Source: Candidatus Hydrogenedentales bacterium (GTDB lineage Bacteria; Hydrogenedentota; Hydrogenedentia; Hydrogenedentales; JAEUWI01). From it: a DNA stretch of 43,386 bases. The notes beneath the pieces are model-generated. The model saw only the letters and a program-made list of their open reading frames with translations. It searched no databases and was not told the DNA's origin. Every line of letters begins with the position of its first letter. The stretch's first letter is position 1. A program made the translations under genes and the position numbers. Shown here piece after piece: positions 35,361 through 43,386 of the stretch. The stretch spans positions 1 to 43,386 of the forward strand of contig JBIJDL010000003.1 in the NCBI GenBank assembly GCA_044344195.1, in the 5' to 3' direction.

Positions 35361-36518
35361 TTATGCCGGTGTGATCTTCCCGAGCACCACCCGCTTTTCC
35401 GCGCCGGTGGCATGGGGCACGTTGGCGGGGGTTCCCATGATGCACTCGTTGCCCAGGATGGCGAAGGCGATGGCCTCGCGTGCATCGGTCGGGATGCCGT
35501 ACTGATCGCTGGTGAAGACCTGGCAGTCGCGGAAGCCGTCTCTCAGTTTCTTAAGCAGCGATTTGTTGTGGGCGCCGCCACCACCGACGATGATATGCTC
35601 GGCGGGATTCTCGGGCTTGATGAAGCGGTCATAGGCTTGGATAATGCTCCGCGACACGGCCTCGGTAATCGTGGCGACTAGATCTTCCGGCGTGTGCTCC
35701 GAGCGGCTGGCCAGGGCATCCCGCAGGTAGACGTTCACCCCGAATTCCTCCCTGCCCGTGCTCTTGGGCGGTACCTTGGCAAAGAACGGGTGATCCAGCA
35801 GGTAGTTCAGAAATTCATCGATGATCATGCCCTTCGACGCCATCTCCCCGTCTTCGTCCATTTCCTGTAGACCGCGGGTAAGAATGCGCACGGCACCATC
35901 GATGGCCATGTTACCTGGGCCCGAGTCGAAGGCGAGGACATTGCGGAAATCAGGCGTTACGCAGGTGAAATTGGCGATGCCGCCGATGTTGAGGCAGGAA
36001 ACCGGACGATTGAGCTTGTGGAAAAGGAGCCAATCGGCGTAAGGGACCAGCGGGGCGCCCTGGCCGCCGGCCGCCATGTCGCGGGGGCGAAAATCGGATA
36101 TGACGGGGAGGCCGCATCGCTCCGCAATGATGGCGGACTGGCCAATCTGCAGGGTGCCGCACTTTTCGTTGGTGCGGGGAGGGATGTGGGCCACGGTGTG
36201 CCCGTGGGAGGCTATGAAGTCGACGGTCACTTCGTCTTCAGGCGCTTCGGCGATGAGTTCCTGGGCCGCCTCGGCGAGGCGCTCGCCCAGCTCAAAATCG
36301 AGCACGCAGAGATCCCGTGCGGACAGGTGCTCGTCCAGAAGACGGTTCTTGAAGGAGCCGGGGTAGGGAAAGGTCTTGTGCGCAATGAGCTTCATCACCA
36401 GGCTCTTGCCGGTGCCCTTGATGCGCACCAGCGCGGCATCGACACCATCGCACGAACTGCCCGACATAAGCCCGATTCCGAAGCGGGCGGGCTTCTTCTG
36501 GATGACGCGTAAGTCCAT
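35361..36518 (-). CDS. anmK: Anhydro-N-acetylmuramic acid kinase
   Basis: IGLMSGSSCDGVD, SHGHT, DFRPRDMAAGGQGAPLVP, LNIGGIAN, FDSGPGN, PPKSTGREEF, GGGAHN, EAIAFA. Confidence 0.95.
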   Translation of the reverse strand: MDLRVIQKKPARFGIGLMSGSSCDGVDAALVRIKGTGKSLVMKLIAHKTFPYPGSFKNRLLDEHLSARDLCVLDFELGERLAEAAQELIAEAPEDEVTVDFIASHGHTVAHIPPRTNEKCGTLQIGQSAIIAERCGLPVISDFRPRDMAAGGQGAPLVPYADWLLFHKLNRPVSCLNIGGIANFTCVTPDFRNVLAFDSGPGNMAIDGAVRILTRGLQEMDEDGEMASKGMIIDEFLNYLLDHPFFAKVPPKSTGREEFGVNVYLRDALASRSEHTPEDLVATITEAVSRSIIQAYDRFIKPENPAEHIIVGGGGAHNKSLLKKLRDGFRDCQVFTSDQYGIPTDAREAIAFAILGNECIMGTPANVPHATGAEKRVVLGKITPA

Positions 36519-36754
36519 TGCCGAGTCCTTCATAGTCAGATTGGGGGCCCGAACAAACGACCCGAGGTCGCCGGACACCGCGCACCACACTCTCCCTAAC
36601 CGCCCGATGCGCCCTTCATGGCGCACCCGGCCCGCCCGTCGGCGCACACCGTCCAACACGGGCATAATCTTCTGAGCGACTCTATCATACTATTGTGCGC
36701 GGCGCAAACCGATCTCGCGGGACTTGAATTCAACACGCTGGACCCCTGTTCCAC

Positions 36755-39700
36755 CTACCCGAGGTGTCTCGCGCGCCGGCGCTGCCCGAGCAGCAAGCCG
36801 GTGAAGGTCAGGGCCACCACGAGTGCATTCCCCCACGGCCATTCGCCGGGGCGATCCACCGGGCCGCAACCCAGCCCCTTGGCGGGCGCACCTGTACCCG
36901 ACAGCGCCGCCGTCAGGAGGCCGCCGGGGTCTCCTGAAAATGTAATGGCCGCGGCGTAGGGCGTATCGTCCCGGGGCGAAAAGCGAATGAGAAACTGGTG
37001 GGTCTCGCCGTGGCCGAGGTTGTAGCTTGCCTCGCCGACCAGGGCGAACACGCCCGTGGCATCGCGGAGTTCCGCCGTGCCAATCAGGCGCTCGCCACCG
37101 TCGTTGGTAATCGTGATAAGTTCTTCGACCGACTCATTGACCCGGACCTCGCCCAGGCTTATGGTTTCGTCGATGTCGGGCGTGCTCGAGAAGATTGGGG
37201 GCTTCAGCGACTCCAGCGCGACCAGGGTGCCCAGCCGTGAGACGGTGGCGGTGAGGGTGCCGGAGTCCGATACCGCATCGTCCGTATTGGCCGAGGACCA
37301 GGATCCACCACCGGGCACGACCGTGAGGCCGGTCACGTCGTCCGAGAGAACCGACACCCCGTTGAGGAAGAAGGTCGCCTGATCTTCAGGAGAGAAGTCG
37401 AGCTGGTTGAGTGAAACGGTCAAGGGCCGCGCATCCAGCCTCGCCACGCTTACCGGGGCAAACTCGGCAGCGCCGACCTCGCGGACGATCACCTCCAGGG
37501 CGATCCACGGCGTGCCACTGACCTCGTCCTCCGGTAACGCCTCGATTTCGTCGGCCTGCTGCCGGGTGAACAGTGCCTCAGGACTGCACGCGATGGCGGC
37601 AATGAGAATGGCTTCTTCGCCGTCCGCCGCCAGGCCGTGGGGAATGGTCACATTCACGCTTTGCTGCGGATTGGCCGGATTCACCAGTGCGGCCTCGATA
37701 TTGCGGCCGGGTACATTGGTGCCGCGCCATGCATGCAGCAGCACGGTGCGCTCGCAACCCACACTGGTGACGGTGCGCTCCCAGCGCGATCCATCATTGA
37801 CGAGATCTTCGAAGGGGAAGTCGAGGTAACCGTTGTCGTCCCCGTCCGAGCCATTGCGAAGCTCGAAGGTGACGTCGTCGGACTGGACCGTCTGGCCAGT
37901 GCTCGTGAGGGTGGCCGTCACGCGGACACGGTAGGCAGTGTCCACCGGAAGCGTGAAGACCGCCGGCGTGTCGCCGCGAACCTGCTTGTTGAGTTCCGCG
38001 GTTTGCCCTTTCCGGTTGGCAGGTGCCGAAGCCCGTCCAAAGTCATCGGCAACCTGTAGCTCTTCCGGTGCGACGCCGCCGTTGCGATCACCGTCGAGGT
38101 TGTCGAAACGAACATCGGAAAGGCCCGGCAATAGCGTGCGAATCTCGGTAAGGCCCAGCGTCGTGTCGCTGTCCGCATCCAGGGACTGGAAGTTTTCCAG
38201 CAGGAAACCGGGGAGGTCTTCTTCCGCCGAAAGCTCCTCGCGGGTGAGCACCCCGTTACGGTTGAGGTCGAGCAAGTTGTAGCGGAGCTGATCGATGTCG
38301 AGCGCTGTAGCCTGAGTCTCCGCGATGGAAAGGCCGGTGCTGTTGTCGGTATTGAGTGCCGCAAAGTCGACCAGAAGGGCGGAGGCGATATCCGATAGGA
38401 TGACTGCGGCTTCCAGTTCCTCCACGGAAAGCTGGCTGTTGCCATCGAAATCGAGCGTGTCGAAGCGGGCGCTGGTGAGGCCGATGCGGCTGGAAGCTAC
38501 TTCAGACTCCGCCAGGACACCGTTGAAGTCGGCGTCCAGAGCATCGAAGTTTTGCAGTAAGTACTCGGCCAGATCCGTGATCAGAATACTTTCCGCACCA
38601 ATATCAAAGCTGAACTCGATATCGTCGGCGCTGCAGGCACCCTGAATGTTAACGTCCGCTTCGGCATTAAAGGTCACATCGAGCGCCTGCGCACCGGGCG
38701 GGGCCAGGAGGTCGCCGGTGGGCTGGATCAAGCGAACGCCGTCTTCGCGGATAACGCATACGACCTGGGACTCCAGTTCCCGGGGTGATAGACCGGGGTT
38801 CAAGTCCAGCGCTTCGAAGGTCGCCCTGGTCAGTGCCGAGAGCGAATCGGGCAGTTCATCCAGGGTCAGGCTCCCGCTTCCATCCGCGTCGAGCATCTCG
38901 AAGTTCTCGCGGATAAAATCCAGATCGCCGAAAATCAGAATTGCCGTCTGGAGCTCCGACGGCGTCAGGGGCATGGCCGAATCGAGGTCCATGTAGTCGA
39001 ACGCCTCTTCGGTAAGTCCGGGCACGCGGGTCCGGGCTTCGGCCAGCGTGAGCAGACCGTCGCCATCGTCATCGGCCAAGTCGAAATTGTCGAAGAGGGT
39101 CTGCGCCGAGGCGGTGTACCCGATGCCCCCCTGAATCTCGGCGAGAGAAATCTCAACCTCCAGGTTAAGCGAATCGAAGCGCTCGCGCGTGAAGCCGGGG
39201 AGAAGGATCAGGGCTTCGTCGAACTCGAGTATGCCATCCTGATTCGCGTCAATGCTGTCAAAGTTGTCGAGGAGCACCTCGGCGGCCACCGCATTGTCCT
39301 CGTCGTCGGGCTGATCCACGATCGTGACCCCGAAGGCCCGCTCAAAGGTCTGGCCCTGGGGATCGCGGCTTCGAATCAGGATGGTGTATTCGCTTCGCGT
39401 CTCGAAGTCGAACACGACGCGGCTCACGAGCTGATTGGCCACGATGCCGAAGAACTCGTTGTCCACGAAATCATCGTCGTCCGTGGACGGATCGTCGGGA
39501 ACGAGGCTGTAGAGGTGCAGGTCACCCAGATCGGGGTCCGCCGTGGAGAAGCGACCAATCACGGTATCCAGCACCTGATTCTCCAGGATCGTGTTGGCGT
39601 TCAGAGAAATTCCCGTTGGGGGATCGTTCACTCTGGCTACGTCGACTCGAACGTTCCACACATTGCTGTCGATATTTCCATCGCGCACCGTTACCGGCAC

Positions 39701-42700
39701 GAAGAGGACCCCGTTGAAGTCCTTGTTGGGAATAATCGAAGTGCCTTCGCGGGTGTAGTTGGCATCGGCCGGGAGGGGCTGGAACGCCAGCGTAATCTCC
39801 TCAGGGAAGTCCAGGAGCGGCGCGTCAACCACCAGATTATCCAGAATAATCGTCACGGGCGTGTCTTCGGCCGTGGCGACGGGATTCTGCCCCACGATCC
39901 TCGGCGTGCGATTGCCGATACCGAAAAGGCTGACCTTGGACACGATGGGCGTACCTTGTCCCTGCTGGTTGGCCTCGACCCGCAGCGTGCCGACTTTCGC
40001 GCCCTCCGTGGAGGGGTCGAACACAATGCGGACCAGGCGGGATTGGGCCGTTTCCAGCGTTTCTTCACCGGAATCGGAAAGGATCTCGAAAGCGCAGGTC
40101 GCGTTGATTTCGTCTGAAGTCAATCCATCGCTTCCATCCGTGTCCAGGGTCGCGAACTGGGTGAGTAGGGATTCGGCGAGTACGGATTTCACGGCGCCGA
40201 GTTCCTGTTCCGAAAGCTCTTCGTCCCCATCTTCATCAATAGCGGCGAAGCGGCCGGGAGTAAGGAGCGGCACGAAAGCGTTGATCTCGCTCATGGTGAG
40301 CGCCTCGTCACGATCGGCGTCAAGTCCGGTGAAATCCACCTGGAGTTGCGTAGCCAGAAGGGCGAGCTTCAGGCGCTCGTCGAGCTCGGCCCGGCTGAGG
40401 ACGCCGTCACCGTCGCCATCGAGATCGAGGAACTCAAGCTCGGTGAGATCGGGAAGTATGCTCTGCGCCTCGGTGAAATCGAGCCCTTCCGGGGCGCTGG
40501 TATCGAAGTCGTCGAAGCTGTTGAGGAGGCTCTGAGCGAACTCGGCCAGCAATACGGCGGTATTGAGTTCGGCAGACTCCAATTCACCGGAGGAGTCGCC
40601 GTCCAGGGCCTCAAAGCGCGGGTCGGTCAGGAAGGGGAACTGAAGATCCATCTCCTCGGGGCTGATGTCGAGGGAAGAATCGAGGTCAAGCGCAGTGAAG
40701 CGGCTGATGATCTCCTCGGCAAGGTCGAAGAGGTCGATGGCGTCTTCCAGTTCTCTTCGGAGTCCCACGCCCCGGCTCAACGCGCCGTCGCCATTGATAT
40801 CGAGCTCGTCGAAGCGAGCCTGGGTCATGACGGGGAAGATATCGGGGCCGCAGGCCAGGCTCACGCTGTCCAGCGTCAGGTCGCCGAGGCCGTCGTTGAT
40901 AATGCTGACGGACTGTGGACTACTTGGCCCCGCGAGGAGGTTGCGTTTCCCGAAATCGAGGGTGCTCGGGGTCACGCGGATGTCGCTGTCCAGCGCGCGC
41001 CCGGAGAGGTTCACGTCGACGGCGGCATCATCGGGATCGTCCGATTCCACGCGCAGGCTCGCCCGCTTGTTGCCGATCGAACGCGGGTCAAACGCCAGGG
41101 CGATCAACCGGGTCTGTGCTGGAGCGAGCGTGTCCTCGTCGGTGTCGCTTACGATAGTGAAGTCGCTCAGGGAGGCGCCCTCCAGGCCCACAAAGCCCAG
41201 GGTCAGGTTGGCAGTTGCCGTAGCGGTGTTGGTGATTTCTACGGTGCGGGTGGCGGTGGGGCCATCGTCAATGTCCTGATCGCCGAAGTCGATGGTGAGA
41301 ATCTCGGGCACGACGGCGAGTGCCGGAACAGCCCGAACGCTGGTCTGGGTCGCATCGGCGGCGGTGTTAATGGTCTCCGGATCGTCGGAGACGACGGGCG
41401 CGTGATTGTCTCCGCTCGCTATGCCCTGATATCGAATCACGTTGGTGCCGGCGCGCAGAACGGGATTGATTTCCACAGCAAAGGTGATGGTGATGGTTGG
41501 GCCATTGGTGAACACCGGATTGCGCCCGTTCAGCGAACCAAGATTCAGGAGCAGATCCGATTGCCCGCCTTCGTTTACACGGGCCGTTCCATTGACCAGG
41601 ATGGAGTCTTCATCGAGAGTGACCCGCGCGTCGCCCGTGTCGAGTTCATTGAACTGCGTCTCGGTCAATGCAAAGAGGGAGCCGTTCAGCTCCGCGGTGG
41701 AAAGGCCGGCACTCTCGTCCACATCCAGGACGGCAAAATTGCCCAGAAGCGCGGCGGCCACATCGCTGAGGGAATTGCCGCCATCGACCTGCTCAAGTTC
41801 CAGTTCGGAGATCTCATTGTCGCGGAAGGGCACCCGATAGGACAGATTGAGGGCGCCAAGATCTCCACGATTTTCAATGGATACGGAATACTGGATGACA
41901 TCGCCGGGCTGCTTCTCTTCGTTGCGCGTGATGTCGTCACCCTGCCGCACCACAAGGGCGGGTGCCGCAAAAATCGGAGTTACGGTCGGTGCCGGTCGCA
42001 CGATGTTGCCGTCGCCATCCACCTGGATGATGTCCGAGTCTTCGATCACCACGGCGCCCGGGTCATCCGTAAGCACTGGCGCGGTCTCAGTCGGGCGTTC
42101 TTCAAAGTCCAGAGAGCCCTGATTCACGAGAAACGCTGTTCCTGGCGGAAGTGGGTTCGCTACAGCGAGGTCAAAGGTGATCCGGGCGGTACTTCCGGGG
42201 CTCCCGTCACCCTGGATGCTTCCAAGATTGACCGTGAGCGCGCCCGCGTCGATAACCACGACGGACCCCGGTGTCGAAGCCGTGACGGAGTCCTCGATAA
42301 GGCTTCCATTCGCGATGGCTGGCTGCGTATAGGTGACATTGTTCGCACCGCCGTTCCCGAGGTTGGAAATGTCAACGGTATACCGGATCGTGTCGCCGGG
42401 ATTGGCCACGCCGTCCGTGTTCGCATCGAATGTCAGTGTGTCGGTGTTGCTTGCACCCAGTTCAATCACCGCGGTAACGGCGGTGCAGATATCCTGGTCA
42501 GGCGTCGTATCGGAGAAGTTCACATCGGGGTTGTTGGGCTCACCGAAGAAAAGACCGCGGGTGCAGATCTGCTCGCGGCCCTCCGCCGGGAATGGGGCAT
42601 TCACGGACACGGCGTACCGTATGGTTACGGAGTCGCCCAGTGGCAACGTGCCCACATTGACGACAACGCCGCCGATTCCGCTGCTTACCACGGAGCCCAC

Positions 42701-43386
42701 CGTCGTGGTGGCGCTTCCCGCGATAAGCGAGGAGTTGGGATCAGGCGCATCGCTGAAGTAGACGCCGCGCGCGTCCGAGGGGCCGCCGTTCGTGGCTGTG
42801 ACGGTATACGACACAACATCACCGGGCTGTGCCGTCTCGCGATCTGCCACCATGGTTACATTGAGTGTTGCCTCCGGCACCAGGGTAGCGCTGTTGGTGC
42901 GGCTGTTGCTCGAATCGTCCGTTTCGAAGACTAGCGGGGGGGCGAGCACCGAGCCGGACACGACCAGTGCGCCTGTGGCGGCGGGATCGATGTCGGCCGA
43001 GAGCCGGTACTCGACCGTTTCGCCGGAAGCGAGGTCTACCGTCTCATTGATAGGGCCGGTACCGCTGGTGCCGCATGCGTCGCAGGTCCAGGTCACGCTC
43101 TGCAGTGCCGCGGGAAGCACGGTGGAGACTTCGGCTGCGGCCACCGGGCTCGGGCCCAGGTTGCGCACCTGGAAGGTGTAGGCCACGCCCTCGCCGGGGA
43201 CCACGACATTGGGATCGCGTGTGATGAAAAGTTGGAGGTCCGCCACGGGACGGATCGTGTCGCTGTTCGACTCCACGACGGCACCCGCTGTGATGCCGTC
43301 GCCCGGCGTCACCTGGAAATACCAGACTTCTCCCTCGATCGTGGAGGCACCGGGAACTTCAGTAAGATTGTTGAATGCGGGTTGGA
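36755..43386 (-). CDS. Giant cell-surface protein, 5' end outside the window: DUF11 repeats, ASH/choice-of-anchor-D-like Ig domains, cadherin-like domains, about 11 EF-hand-pair repeats, C-terminal anchor
   Basis: Frame is open to the window edge; PGDVVSYTVTATNGGPSDA-type DUF11 motifs; IDFG...FDP Ig domains; VNDPPT...DPD...FDFET cadherin; many DxDxDGxLxxxE loops; GCG...GNALVVALTFTGLLLGQRRR end. Confidence 0.88.
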   Translation of the reverse strand, partial: QPAFNNLTEVPGASTIEGEVWYFQVTPGDGITAGAVVESNSDTIRPVADLQLFITRDPNVVVPGEGVAYTFQVRNLGPSPVAAAEVSTVLPAALQSVTWTCDACGTSGTGPINETVDLASGETVEYRLSADIDPAATGALVVSGSVLAPPLVFETDDSSNSRTNSATLVPEATLNVTMVADRETAQPGDVVSYTVTATNGGPSDARGVYFSDAPDPNSSLIAGSATTTVGSVVSSGIGGVVVNVGTLPLGDSVTIRYAVSVNAPFPAEGREQICTRGLFFGEPNNPDVNFSDTTPDQDICTAVTAVIELGASNTDTLTFDANTDGVANPGDTIRYTVDISNLGNGGANNVTYTQPAIANGSLIEDSVTASTPGSVVVIDAGALTVNLGSIQGDGSPGSTARITFDLAVANPLPPGTAFLVNQGSLDFEERPTETAPVLTDDPGAVVIEDSDIIQVDGDGNIVRPAPTVTPIFAAPALVVRQGDDITRNEEKQPGDVIQYSVSIENRGDLGALNLSYRVPFRDNEISELELEQVDGGNSLSDVAAALLGNFAVLDVDESAGLSTAELNGSLFALTETQFNELDTGDARVTLDEDSILVNGTARVNEGGQSDLLLNLGSLNGRNPVFTNGPTITITFAVEINPVLRAGTNVIRYQGIASGDNHAPVVSDDPETINTAADATQTSVRAVPALAVVPEILTIDFGDQDIDDGPTATRTVEITNTATATANLTLGFVGLEGASLSDFTIVSDTDEDTLAPAQTRLIALAFDPRSIGNKRASLRVESDDPDDAAVDVNLSGRALDSDIRVTPSTLDFGKRNLLAGPSSPQSVSIINDGLGDLTLDSVSLACGPDIFPVMTQARFDELDINGDGALSRGVGLRRELEDAIDLFDLAEEIISRFTALDLDSSLDISPEEMDLQFPFLTDPRFEALDGDSSGELESAELNTAVLLAEFAQSLLNSFDDFDTSAPEGLDFTEAQSILPDLTELEFLDLDGDGDGVLSRAELDERLKLALLATQLQVDFTGLDADRDEALTMSEINAFVPLLTPGRFAAIDEDGDEELSEQELGAVKSVLAESLLTQFATLDTDGSDGLTSDEINATCAFEILSDSGEETLETAQSRLVRIVFDPSTEGAKVGTLRVEANQQGQGTPIVSKVSLFGIGNRTPRIVGQNPVATAEDTPVTIILDNLVVDAPLLDFPEEITLAFQPLPADANYTREGTSIIPNKDFNGVLFVPVTVRDGNIDSNVWNVRVDVARVNDPPTGISLNANTILENQVLDTVIGRFSTADPDLGDLHLYSLVPDDPSTDDDDFVDNEFFGIVANQLVSRVVFDFETRSEYTILIRSRDPQGQTFERAFGVTIVDQPDDEDNAVAAEVLLDNFDSIDANQDGILEFDEALILLPGFTRERFDSLNLEVEISLAEIQGGIGYTASAQTLFDNFDLADDDGDGLLTLAEARTRVPGLTEEAFDYMDLDSAMPLTPSELQTAILIFGDLDFIRENFEMLDADGSGSLTLDELPDSLSALTRATFEALDLNPGLSPRELESQVVCVIREDGVRLIQPTGDLLAPPGAQALDVTFNAEADVNIQGACSADDIEFSFDIGAESILITDLAEYLLQNFDALDADFNGVLAESEVASSRIGLTSARFDTLDFDGNSQLSVEELEAAVILSDIASALLVDFAALNTDNSTGLSIAETQATALDIDQLRYNLLDLNRNGVLTREELSAEEDLPGFLLENFQSLDADSDTTLGLTEIRTLLPGLSDVRFDNLDGDRNGGVAPEELQVADDFGRASAPANRKGQTAELNKQVRGDTPAVFTLPVDTAYRVRVTATLTSTGQTVQSDDVTFELRNGSDGDDNGYLDFPFEDLVNDGSRWERTVTSVGCERTVLLHAWRGTNVPGRNIEAALVNPANPQQSVNVTIPHGLAADGEEAILIAAIACSPEALFTRQQADEIEALPEDEVSGTPWIALEVIVREVGAAEFAPVSVARLDARPLTVSLNQLDFSPEDQATFFLNGVSVLSDDVTGLTVVPGGGSWSSANTDDAVSDSGTLTATVSRLGTLVALESLKPPIFSSTPDIDETISLGEVRVNESVEELITITNDGGERLIGTAELRDATGVFALVGEASYNLGHGETHQFLIRFSPRDDTPYAAAITFSGDPGGLLTAALSGTGAPAKGLGCGPVDRPGEWPWGNALVVALTFTGLLLGQRRRARHLG

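Noticed and set aside
40346-42934. 862-aa plus-strand ORF
   Set aside because: Antisense shadow of the giant surface protein.

Overview
High-GC (about 62% by eye) bacterial window. The GEGEGEGE linker, Cys-Gly/TM/RRR C-terminal anchors and paired EF-hand repeats suggest Candidatus Hydrogenedentota (inference). In order, the window holds: a secreted pectate-lyase-like gene interrupted near its end by one in-frame TGA; a small lower-GC accessory patch (hypothetical protein, a chimeric ParD/VapB-like antitoxin followed by a vapC remnant, an intact vapBC pair, an orphan gene, a REP-type inverted repeat); nadA directly downstream of sufBCDSU; dprA; a beta-solenoid surface protein; a Cu/Ag RND efflux locus (Cys-rich leader gene, cusB, cusA, tolC/cusC); two small membrane ORFs; a sodium:solute symporter with a small partner gene and an unusual C-terminal domain; a YfhO-like membrane protein; a DUF4091/GH123-like protein; a divergent Clp/Hsp100 ATPase; an HGSNAT/NagX-like acyltransferase; anmK; and the 3' part of a giant surface protein (>2200 aa) whose EF-hand arrays are inserted inside Ig-like domains. 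I saw no rRNA, tRNA, CRISPR array or transposase. All family assignments come from motif recognition by eye; no database searches were run.
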